From Chara braunii (lineage: Eukaryota > Plantae > Charophyceae), in contig BFEA01000015.1 in the NCBI GenBank assembly GCA_003427395.1, positions 6,571,859 to 6,635,300 of the forward strand: DNA of 63,442 nt, in the 5' to 3' direction. The position numbers and the translations under genes are program-made. Shown here in pieces: positions 39,401 through 50,345 of the stretch (the first letter of the stretch is position 1; every line of letters starts with the position of its first letter). A model generated the notes under the pieces. That model searched no databases. It was not told where the DNA came from and saw only the letters and a program-made list of their open reading frames with translations.

Positions 39401-39814
39401 CATCGCAGAGCGCATGCAGCTGCGACTTTCGGACGTACTGGTGGTGTAACCACCTCCCCCAGCAGCTTCCCAAAAACTTCGCTCTCCACTTCAGCCTAAA
39501 GCCACAGGACTTCTCAGAACTCGGATAGACAGGACAAAAATAATTTTACATCTTGGACCCATTGGACCCACAGTACATTCCACAGCTATCTTGTTCCGAT
39601 GCAGCCACACGCACGCTGCAGCTTCCAGGGCAAGATAGATGGGAAACTTGGTGCGGATCCAAGATGTTAATCTTTTTTTGTCATATCTATCCGAGGTTTG
39701 AGAAGTTTTGTCGCCTTAGGTTGAAGTGGAAAGGGAAGTTTTTGGGAAGTTGCTGCGGGAGGCGGTTACACCACCAGATCATCGCGAAGTCGTGGCTGCA
39801 TGCACTCTGCGATG
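39401..39814. repeat. long imperfect inverted repeat (~160-bp arms, ~95-bp spacer)
   Basis: 39401-39560 (catcgcagag...acatcttgga) is the reverse complement of 39655-39814. Confidence 0.85.
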
Positions 39815-40468
39815 CACTGTGACAAATGTGGCTGGGGTGCTAGTGTAAGTTCATTTGAGGGGAAACATCGCGGCACCGAAGCGAAGGCTGGCGCGCTTGC
39901 GGCCATGACGTTTCCAGTCAACAGCTTCAATGATCATTTTGCAGGCGTTTACTTAAGGTCTAGGGCAGGAAGGGGGAATTGGGATCCCTTCTTGTGGGGG
40001 TGAATCCAGAGTGTTCCAGGAGGGCAGCCAGGGTAGGAGGGCGCTCTCTTGAAGCGTGTTCATTCTTTGCAAGGGCATTCTTTGAATTATCTTCATACTA
40101 GTTCGTAGAGAGGTAACTGATCATTTCTGTCTTATTAGTGCAAAGGTCGTCAGGTGAGGGCATTTCAGATTGAGAAGTGAATAAATTTATTGATTTACTC
40201 TGATGTCGAGATATCAGAAGTGTTATAGGAGGTTCTAAGAAGGCACTGCACAAAGTGGTTGACTTCTTTTATTCTTCTTGCTGTTTCCAAAAAGGTTATG
40301 TGGGTGAAGACTTTCTAATAAACATTCACTGTGATGTGTTAGTTGATAGATTGTCAAGCAAGAAAACCTATAAACTTCATGTCACAAAGGCTTAAAAACA
40401 AATATCATATAAAAATATATTTATAAAAAAAAACTACAAGTATATGCATTTTCCTTTTCTATATTAAG

Positions 40469-40721
40469 GTTATGAATACACAGAAGTATAGACAAATCAC
40501 ACGATGAGTAAAGCACAAACTTCACACGATCGGAGAAAGTCAATGCAATGATTGAGATAGAATCCACCGCCGACTTTCCGGCTCACCCAAGAACCTCCGC
40601 CACTCCACATACCCGAGCGGTTACCCGATCGAAGAGGATAAACCCAGCTCAGACACGCTACTTATACTACACCTACTTCTCGAAAACCTGCCGGTCCCGA
40701 GGTCCCGTAGGGCCAAAAGGT
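40469..40721 (-). repeat. 3' pLTR-like direct repeat of the Penelope-like element
   Basis: Aligns by eye over ~250 bp with 46000-46249 (ttatgaatacac...ctacttatactacacctacttctcgaaaacc...aaaaggt). Confidence 0.85.
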
Positions 40722-41049
40722 GAAAAACGAGACGAAGTCTGCCACCTTCTCTGGTTGCTCGGCCAGGGAACAAAAAACAAACCGAAAACGAATGGCTCGA
40801 ACTACCAGTGCCTCAATCTTACAGATGAAAAAAAGGGGGGTCCGAAACAATAAACTAGACTAGTTATGTGGCGGACCTGTCAGGCAACTAAGTCATAGGG
40901 CTAGAATGGGGCACAAACGGGAAACCAGAGGAGGGGCCGTAGCCAATTGACTTAGAAGCCAAAAATCAAACAACCCTAGTTGACTGACCATCCATATTCA
41001 AAAGGGTGGAGATCCAGGCCCATGGCTCACCCTGTGCGTGCGGAAACCT

Positions 41050-42200
41050 TCGATACACTCTGATGAAAAAACATTCCGGCACGTCTGTCGTACGTAACTC
41101 TCTTTTTCAAGGTTATCACACGCACTGGGATCTTTGATCGATCGGTAGTATTTTGGTCGATCCTGTGGAGGTAGTCGTCTCTTTTTTTACTTTACTACAC
41201 CATGAGAAAAAGGATTGTTCGTTCTGAATAGCGAGCTTTTCACACAGCCAAATCGTGGATTCGTTCTTTGATAAGTGGAAAGATCAGGGAAAGGGAGGGT
41301 CCTTGCTCACACATATTTCGCAACCCAGAAATTCCCAGACTTCGGATCCGTTATCAGTTCGCTTCAAGGTAAGGTTCTCCGGATAGTAGGATTCAAAAAT
41401 GTCAAAAATTTCTTTCTGGGTCATCCTTTCAGGCGGAGTGCCTGCCACCACCAAACCCACATCATCGATTAACCGAAAACCAAAGACGTTTCTTCTTGCA
41501 GATCCGAGGCTGGATAGAAACCCAAATTCAACTTGCGCACACAAAATGCATGCTAGGGGAGGGCTGGTGCTCTTACCCATCGGTATGCCGACCTCCTGCT
41601 TTAGAAGGACCGTCAACGCCAGAGTATACGTGTGAGAGAGCTCAAAGCGAATGAACCGATGAATATCACCCAAATCTAACAATCTCCAGTGATCACCACC
41701 CGTGCTAAGGCCAAAGGAGGCACTGCGGCCTTGCGTATTCACACAAACAAACTTTTTCTTAACGACAACGACATCAAGAATTTCATGATGAGGCAACAAG
41801 GAAAACATATCCTTGATGCCATAGGAAAGTGAACTGACCACATCAACACCTAATTTGCAAATCTGCTTATTGCATGATTTCAAAGTATCAGTCAACGATG
41901 AAACGGCCTTCAAATTGAAGTGTCGATGTGGTTTGGAGACACAACACACACAAAGCGCGAGCGACCACCCTCCCGGTGCGTACCGTTGGTTTAGGGGAGG
42001 AAGGACATATCGGTCGAAAACGATCTAAATCCTTGTGCTTGGGCATAACGTATGCTTGCCCAATTGTCGCCTCTCTTGTCCCAACGTGCGAAATTCGTTA
42101 TCTTTCGTTCTTAAGATTGACACGCATATCATGCAATACCATATCAGTGCTCATCCCCCGTTCCCCGTTATAAAGATGCACAGGCAAACGTACTACAATT
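41050..42200 (-). pseudogene. Penelope-type reverse transcriptase domain
   Basis: Motifs AYVMPKHKDLDRFRPICP, YGIKDMFSLLP, KQEVGIPMGKSTSPPLA, FRLIDD (41461-41478) and WEFLG. Confidence 0.92.
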
Positions 42201-42769
42201 CTAGAAGAAAGGTTAAAGACAAAACCATCTCGGACGCATCAACCAATCAATCTTCGCAGACAGGATCAGGTGGACTTGCGCTCAAAGGATTTAGTCGAGG
42301 TGAAGAGACCGGAGAACGACTCCAAGTCCCGCTTCTTCATTAACTCGGCGCGTTTGGGATTCCATAGTTTCGAAATCGAAAAAGGCTTATGAGCGTTAGT
42401 CCTTGGTGTCCATCTATGAAGGTATTGAAACTGCACAAGAGAATCACCTTCCAACAACAAACGGAAATTTTTCAAATGATCGGAAACATGATTGATGGTG
42501 ACAGTAGGGAAGGCGAATGCTTTTTTAATCACACGCTGTTTGTCGCGCCAAGTGTTGTCTGCCTCAATCATGAGGTCAAAACAGCGATTCCCCTTCTCTG
42601 TCTGTTGACTAAGCAAGTCAAAGAGTCAAATTGACCAAAAATCATCGTAAGAGAGGCGAAATCGAATGGGGGTGAAACCGCATGGCTCGCTTGCCCTTGA
42701 TTTCACCGTGCATCGTTTGCACCTTCCCTTCCATCTGTTCTTCTTACCTTTCCCTATCTTACCAGAGGT

Positions 42770-43070
42770 ATTCAGGTATGGTCTCCACTGCTGGATATAC
42801 AGTGATTCTAGGGAAAGGAGATCATTAACGTCACAAACATCAATAGGAATAAGCACGTACAATTCTCATCCAAAAGATTGTCGCCAACGATACAAATGAG
42901 TTAGCTTTTCTATACCAAACGGACACGTGCTCCTTCCAACGAATATCCGGACAACGACTAGTCTGGCCAACATATTGCAAACGACAGATCAGCGAAGTGA
43001 TTACGTACACACAATTGGAGTGATTAACGAAATCGACGCCAAAACGTTGGTATAGTTTAAGCCAGGAGCC
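42770..43070 (-). pseudogene. GIY-YIG endonuclease domain of the Penelope-like element
   Basis: The minus strand reads NCVYVITSLICRLQYVGQTSRCPDIRWKEH and, after a frame disruption, LESLYIQQWRPYLN. These are the canonical GIY-YIG motifs, located upstream of the RT. Confidence 0.88.
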
Positions 43071-43199
43071 AACTCATTTCCCAAGCCAACGGCAAAACCC
43101 ATGCAACGCCAGAAAAAACACAAGCAAACGTAAAAGAGGTTCGATATCAAAGTCAAAGCCCTTCTTCAAAGTACAGAAGGGAAAGAGAACGTTGGCAAC

Positions 43200-44691
43200 A
43201 AAACACCTTTGTTTGATCGTGAGGTGGCTTCACTCATTGGCAGTGTCGGTGGCACCTTCACTAGAGTGCTCTTCGTGGTCGGCTTCGGTAGTCACCAGTA
43301 CGACGCCTTGCTCTTCCTCTTTTTCGAAGCGTATCGCCGCTCGTCGATCCGCCAAATAGAAGATTGCTTGCATCTTGGTGGAGTATGGGACACCTTGCCT
43401 CCGGCACGAGCTACAAACACGTTCTTAGTCCATTCGATTGAGCTCCCGACGAGTTTGGTCCAAAAAGGCCAGTAGGAGCGAGTGGTTTCACAGTTGTGAG
43501 AGTTTTCGACAGAGCCCGAACGCGCCTCAAGGACAACTTAGCGAGAGCTCATTGAAGACGATCCCGGAACGCTTGTTAGTGTGTTTTGTTGGAGTCGTAA
43601 CTGGTGGGCTATCACTCACAACCACATCCTCGCCCCTTTCTTTTCTCCGCGATGAACATCTTCTCAATACCTTCGATAATAGCTACAATATTTTCTTCAC
43701 TGGCTGTTGCAGTACCTGATGTCAAAGGTGTATCCTCGACAAACGCAGCTTTATCCTTACTGATGGCACGTCGGATTTGACTTCGAATCTCATCTCAGAT
43801 ATTGTCGATTCGTGAGGAAAGATGAATTTCAACGGTCTTTGCCATGACTAGTTGTTCCTCCTCTTTCTTGCGTGCTTCCAAAGCAGCTTTCTCAATACGT
43901 TCGGCTTCCCGCTCCTTATGTTCCTCCTCAAAACGCTTACGTTCCTCCTTTTCACGTTTTTTCTTTTCTTTCTCAGTTCTCCGTGCCATCTCTCACCCCA
44001 CAAACTTACTCAGCGAGGCCACGCTCTGGCCGAGCACGTCAAGACGCGTTGTCAGGGTATCAAAGGGATTACCACAGACTTTCTCGATACGTTCGGCTTC
44101 CCGCTCCTTATGTTCCTCCTCAAAACGCCCTGGCCTATCGAACTCGGGAGGGCAAGTATGCCCATCCTCCTCCATCTGTCTTCTGGTTTCGACGTTTGAC
44201 TAAAACGCCAACAGTCACTATGCTAGTGCCCCACGACTTTGCATCCAAAGCAAACGGTTGGGGGTCTTCGTGGTGGAGTATCATTTGATGGTTCATTGAG
44301 ATGATCCTTTAGCCACTCACGGCTACTTGAGCGCGGTTCGCGGCTCCCTGGACGTCGCTCCTGTCCGCTCCCGCCATATTACGGCGACAATTGCTATCCT
44401 CACAGTCAAGACGATTGGATTGATTACCACCACCACCCTATGTGTCCCCCTAGGCCGCGGCCGCCTCCGACTCGGCCGCGGGCCGGCAGCCTAGGCCGCG
44501 CGGCCGCACCACGGCCAAGTGGGGGCGCGCGCGGGAAATCGGCGCGCGCGCGGGCGATGCACGTAGTCCCCTATGAGACTGCGGCCGAAAAAAATAAAAA
44601 AATAATTTTTTTTTTTTTTTTAGGGGGGGGCGTGTTTTTGGTGACTACCTAAAAAAAAAAAAAAAAAAAAAAATCATTGATTGATTGTTTT

Positions 44692-44723
<32 letters not shown>

Positions 44724-44831
44724 AATTGATTGATTGATTGGTGGGGGAGGGGTCCTCCCTCCCCTCCCCCCGGCACACTCACACACACACACACGCCCAC
44801 ACGCCCACACACACGCACACACACCCGCGCA

Positions 44832-44866
<35 letters not shown>

Positions 44867-45882
44867 NNNNNNNNNNNNNNNNNNNNNNNNNNNNNNNNNN
44901 NNNNNNNNNNNNNNNNNNNNNNNNNNNNNNNNNNNNNNNNNNNNNNNNNNNNNNNNNNNNNNNNNNNNNNNNNNNNNNNNNNNNNNNNNNNNNNNNNNNN
45001 NNNNNNNNNNNNNNNNNNNNNNNNNNNNNNNNNNNNNNNNNNNNNNNNNNNNNNNNNNNNNNNNNNNNNNNNNNNNNNNNNNNNNNNNNNNNNNNNNNNN
45101 NNNNNNNNNNNNNNNNNNNNNNNNNNNNNNNNNNNNNNNNNNNNNNNNNNNNNNNNNNNNNNNNNNNNNNNNNNNNNNNNNNNNNNNNNNNNNNNNNNNN
45201 NNNNNNNNNNNNNNNNNNNNNNNNNNNNNNNNNNNNNNNNNNNNNNNNNNNNNNNNNNNNNNNNNNNNNNNNNNNNNNNNNNNNNNNNNNNNNNNNNNNN
45301 NNNNNNNNNNNNNNNNNNNNNNNNNNNNNNNNNNNNNNNNNNNNNNNNNNNNNNNNNNNNNNNNNNNNNNNNNNNNNNNNNNNNNNNNNNNNNNNNNNNN
45401 NNNNNNNNNNNNNNNNNNNNNNNNNNNNNNNNNNNNNNNNNNNNNNNNNNNNNNNNNNNNNNNNNNNNNNNNNNNNNNNNNNNNNNNNNNNNNNNNNNNN
45501 NNNNNNNNNNNNNNNNNNNNNNNNNNNNNNNNNNNNNNNNNNNNNNNNNNNNNNNNNNNNNNNNNNNNNNNNNNNNNNNNNNNNNTTTAAATCGAATTTC
45601 GTTTTTTATTTTTTTTTTAAATCTTAAACGAAGTCGGATTCCTAAATAAAAAACATAGGATTGTAGGGTTTGTCAAGCCCTACACCCGTATTTTTTTGTT
45701 TTTGTTTTTACGTATTTTTAGGGGTAAAAAATAAATATAAAAAAAACAGGCCGCGGAGTGGCCCTCATCGGCCGCGGCCGCGGCCGAGATTCTTGGTCGC
45801 AGCGGCCGGGGCCGAGATTCTTGGTCGCAGTGTCCGGAATGCCCGCGGCCTAGGCCGCGGGTGTCACATAGCCACCACCCAT
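43200..45882 (-). pseudogene. ORF1 of the Penelope-like element: Gag-like CCHC knuckle plus charged coiled coil, interrupted by a MITE
   Basis: ATG at 45882 gives MGGGGNQSNR once the MITE is removed. Knuckle CFGCKVVGH*HSDC at 44211-44252. Coiled-coil-like EKEKKKREKEERKRFEEEHKEREAERIEKAALEARKKEEE at ~43855-43980. Confidence 0.7.
44438..45871. mobile_element. hAT-type non-autonomous element (MITE) nested in Penelope ORF1
   Basis: Termini CTATGTG...CACATAG with subterminal GGCCGCGG repeats. Perfect 8-bp TSD CCACCACC at 44430-44437 and 45872-45879. Contains an assembly gap. Confidence 0.8.
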
Positions 45883-45999
45883 CCTGAACGCTAAACAAGG
45901 GGCGACGCTCCACTTCAATATACAACAAAGACGAAAGTCATCAAACTTGCTCACTCACTCCCGACTCTAGTCTCCAGGTAGGTTCCACGAGCTTCAATA

Positions 46000-46249
46000 G
46001 TTATGAATACACAAGTAGAGACAAATCACACGATGAGTAAAGCACAAACTTCACACGATCGAAGAAAGTCAACACAATGATTGAGATAGAATCCACCACC
46101 AACATTCTGGCTCACCCAATAACCTCCGTCACCTTACATACCTGACCGGTTACCCGATTGAAGACGATAAACCTAGCTCAAACATGCTACTTATACTACA
46201 CCTACTTCTCGAAAACCCGGCGGTCCCGTGGTCCGTAGGGCGAAAAGGT
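46000..46249 (-). repeat. 5' pLTR-like direct repeat of the Penelope-like element
   Basis: Diverged copy of 40469-40721. Contains a TATA-like TATAAG on the element strand. Confidence 0.85.
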
Positions 46250-47296
46250 ATTAAACCACTACTATCGTTGCCAGTATTAAGAAATTAGGAAAAAGTGTGT
46301 GTTCACGAAGAATTCAAAGGTTTCACTAAGCTCGGCAAGTCTCATGAAGTTTAGTTTTATATTGTTTGTCCCTAGGCTACCAGTCGGGTTGCCCGAGTCA
46401 CCTTGTTTTTCTTTGGAGCCCGGTTGTGCAAGAATGAAGGAAGGTCTCAGCTAAAAATGGAAAGAAAAAAAAACTTCGAAAACTCCGGAAAACAAACGCC
46501 CGAACGCCCGAACGCCCGAACCCGAATGCCCGAACGCCCGAACGCCCGAACGCATGGGCGTTCGTCCCGTCCTGAACACCGGTTACCTTGTATATATATA
46601 TTTATGATTTTAAATTTTATTTTCTTTTTTATTTTAAAATTGGTAAAAAATTACGATATGACCTTGAAACAAAGTTGTTCAGTTTATGTTTTTGCATCAC
46701 ATTTTGTTTTCCAGAGTTATGTCCCTCTTAATTTTGAAGTCATTCTATCCAGCCATATCAAAACTTGCTTACCCACTCACTAATTTGTTTTTTTTCTTAT
46801 TACAGTTTTTGTTTTTCATTTATTTCGGGGCATGAAACAAATTATTATTTTTTCAAATTTTATTTCTAGATTCTCTATTATTTAAGATACACATATATAA
46901 ATTTTCATAGCATTTGTCACAGCCAAAAAAAAAAAAAAAAAATGCCAAAGATTGTGGTGTGAAAAACGTGCTCGTCCACTCAATAATTTCATTCTCGTTT
47001 TATTTTTTTTCATTTTCGTTATTATTATTATTTTTTAGTATTTGATGTTTGTTTCAAATTTGGTAAAGAATTTGGATGTAATGTTGAGGCAAATGCCGTT
47101 TAGTTTATTCTTATGTATAACATTTTTTTTCAGACTTTTTGGAGTTCTTTTTTTTTTTTTTTTTTTTGGGTCCGCGTTCGATTGAACGGCCGAACGCGTC
47201 GAGAGGGGGTGCCGAGCGTTCGGGCATTCGGGTTTGGGCGTTCGGCCCATCCCGAATGCCGGCAACCTTGATTATATATGTATTTTTGAATTTTCA

Positions 47297-47864
47297 GCCC
47301 GGTCGGGGAGGTGGTCATTAACCACTATGGTAGCCTAGGCCCGTGTGTGAAAAAATAAATAAATATACTTTCTTTGTTGCCATGATGTCGGGTAGGGTAG
47401 TCTAGGAGGCCGTGCTGACAGTGGTCCTTCATAAATAAATAGCCACTATGGTAGTTTAGGCCCATGTGTGAAAAAAATAAAATAAAAATTTTCTTTGTTG
47501 CGATGATGTTGGGCAACGTAGTGTAGGAGGCCGTGCTGAGAGTCGTCCTCTATAGAATAAATCTTACAGTTAAAACTGTGAGATTTTGATTTTTTTTTTT
47601 TGTATAGAGGACTGGTGTCAACACGGCGTCTTAGATTACCCCGCTCGACATCATGGCAGCTAAAAAAGTTTTTTTTTTTTTTATTTTATTCACGCACGGG
47701 CATAGGCTACCATAGTGGTTATTTATTCTATAGAGGACCATTGAAAGCACGGCCTCCTAGATTACCCTGTCCGACATCATGTCGACAATTTTTTTTTTTT
47801 TTTTTTTTTTCATGCATGGGCCTAGGCTACCATAGTGGCTGATGACCACTTGCCCGACCGGGCT
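47297..47864. repeat. foldback palindrome built from MITE ends
   Basis: Two ~120-bp units (ccactatggtagcctaggccc...) are followed by two inverted copies (...gggcctaggctaccatagtgg). Confidence 0.8.
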
Positions 47865-47869
47865 AATTA

Positions 47870-50345
47870 TAGAGGAAGTGAGACTGATGGGTTTAACTCA
47901 CTTTGCGAAATGGGAGAAGTCGGGCTCTTTCCGATCCTCGTACGTGATGCTAAAGCATAGGGACGTGGACCAGTACAGACCCATTTGTCCAACCTATAGT
48001 GAACCTATAGTGAGGACCGGAAAGGTTGTATCCAAAACATTGAACCATATGTTTTTTTGTTTGCCCAGAAACTGACACTTTAACTTACCGACTATCTCTT
48101 TACTGGCTGACAGACTTAAGTCTATAAATTCGAAGATTGACAAATTGCATGGGGATACACAGGTTTTTATTTTTTTCTATGACATTAAGGAAATGTTTAG
48201 TATTCTTCCGCATGAATATATTCTGGAAGTTGTCAATTGGTTGATCTCTGTGTACTTTCAGAAGGGGGAAAACTTTGTTCATGTAAATACACGAGGGAAG
48301 GGTGCCTCCTTTGGGATCATAAGAAAAGGAGATTACGGGAGAAAGCTTGATTTGAGTGATGTTCGGGGCTTTGTGCGCCTGAAACTCAAAAATACGTATA
48401 CGCACGCAACTGGTGTGCTTTTGAGGCAGGTTATCGGAATACCTATGGGGTCAAGTAAAAGAAATGTTTAGTATTCTTCCGCATGAATGTATTCTGGAAG
48501 CTGTCAATTGGTTGATCTTTGTGTACTTTCAGAAGGGGGAGAACTTTGTTCATGTAAATACACGAGGGAAGAGTACCTCCTTTGGGATTATAAGAAGAGG
48601 AGATCACGGGAGAAAGCTTGATTTGAGCGATGTTCGGGGCTTTGTGCGCCTGAAACTCAAAAATACCTATACGCACGCAACTGGTGTGCTTTTGAGGCAG
48701 GATATCGGAATACCTATGGGGTCAAGTACGAGTCCCCTTTTGACATGTATCATGTATGCCTTTACTGAATTTCATTTTTTGTCAAGTTTAGGGAAGAAAA
48801 ACTTTTTGGTGCAAGGTACCAGATTAGTTGATGACGACAGTCTTTTCATCGCTCACCTGTCTGGGTCTGATGTCACTGAGATTCGAAAGGCTTTCAAGCG
48901 ATGCTATCCTGAGAACCTGACGCTCAAACATATGGATGGGGGGCATAACCAGTGCGATGTTTTTCAGTTGTCAGATTCGAGTCCGACAAACCTTTCCTTA
49001 TGTTTGTAGTGTCTAGTTATCAAGGAAGGAACATTGTATCTGACCATATGATGTTTTGGAGATTCAAAACGGTCAGGCGTTTGAATGATGGGGCACTAAA
49101 AGCCAGAAAAACGCAATTATTAACATTCATTTAAATCGTATTTGATCATAATACTACAATCCGCAGTGAAATTTCAACGCGTGTTTTTACTTTGAAGCGG
49201 AAACTTTGGTTAAAAGGTTTCTCTAGGGAATTTTTCTTGAGGGTTTTGAAACGGTTTGCCTTTTGTAGTGATCATATTTGGAACCTGGCGGTGGAACTGA
49301 TTGAATCCACTATGTTATTCTATGTAGTAGGAGAAGATAGTCGTTTCAATTTTGTCAGTTCTTCGGACAGGGTCCGTCTATTGGGCTAGAATACCATAAT
49401 ATTTGTTGGGTGGTTTTGGTTTGTTAGGTCCATGGTCTCTAGGCAGCACGTAGCTGAATTTTGTTTTTTCGTCTGTATGGGCCCTAAGTGGGTTTAGGAT
49501 TGTTTGATTAGTTTCTCGTAGCATGGTTGTTTTTGCCCAAGGATCAGGGGATATGTGTGGTTTGGTGTGATATCCCGCTCGGTTCTTTGGCCTCTTTATC
49601 GATCGAGAGTAACCTGTTGTCAGAGTACTTCTTTGACTTTGTGAGTTGTTTGCATTCGGCTACGCCCGCTTGTGGTTTGGTTTAAGTATGACTCGTGTAC
49701 TTCACTTTGTTACATTGTGTGCTTCGCTTTGTTTCATTGTGTTTACCATTTTTTTCCATCGCATCCTCTACGTCACATGTGAACTGTTTCGGACCAACCT
49801 ACCACGTAGTAGGCTTCATCAAGGTCTGCAAGTTTTGGAAGTTTTTTCGTCAGTACTTCGGGGTGCGGAGTATGGTTAATGAGGAGCCGCGTAGTAACCA
49901 AGGCAGCAACAATAGTGGTGGAGTAGAACTCGATCATGATCGAGATCAAGACCGGGAGTGTCACCGTGATCGTAATCGCGATCGGGACAGAGATCGGGAT
50001 CGTGAGCACAGTTAGAGACGGGACCCGCCTAGGTATTACAAGTATAACAAGATTGATCATTATGCCAACTAGTGCAGTTGGTTCGACGCTTCATCAACAT
50101 CTGAAGATTCTTACAGAGGACGCTCGTCTTCACTTAGGTGTGATCATCTTATGAAATCTTCGTCATCTGGCGAGTCACATGTGACGTCTGAGATCGAGAA
50201 GCTAGGACGCAATGTCCCTAGCTTGCAGGAGTACGTTCAACTTTAATGTTCTAAGAAGGACGAGAAAGAAGCAAAAAAGAAAGCGAAGGAGTTGCCTAAG
50301 CAGCGTGAGGAGGGAGAGAAGATGGAGAGAGAACCTACAAATAAG
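47870..50345 (+). mobile_element. second Penelope-like element of a related family: 5'-truncated RT, 3' region, then the start of the next tandem unit's ORF1
   Basis: RT motifs YVMLKHRDVDQYRPICP, FYDIKEMFSILP, RQDIGIPMGSSTSP and TRLVDD. From 49872 it reads MVNEEPRSNQG..(RD)n, then a mutated knuckle PRYYKYNKIDHYAN*C (~50027-50065), then a K/E-rich coil. Confidence 0.85.
48186..48727 (+). repeat. ~270-bp tandem duplication within the RT of the second Penelope-like element
   Basis: The segment gaaatgtttagtattcttccgcatgaa...ggaatacctatggggtcaagta occurs twice in tandem. Confidence 0.9.

Larger units (their letters stand above)
40469..46249 (-). mobile_element. Penelope-like retroelement, N-terminal GIY-YIG (Chlamys/Naiad-type), near full length, degenerate
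   Basis: About 250-bp direct repeats at 46000-46249 and 40469-40721 enclose ORF1 (CCHC knuckle plus coiled coil) and ORF2 (GIY-YIG, then RT). Both ORFs are broken by stops and frameshifts. Confidence 0.88.

Noticed and set aside
49780-49830. Hammerhead-like motif on the minus strand in the second PLE (TTGATGA-agcctac/gtaggtt-ggtcc-GAAAC)
   Set aside because: The core lacks the conserved C, extra bases separate stem II from GAAA, no stem I partner is found, and it is antisense to the element. No hammerhead was found in the first element's repeats either.
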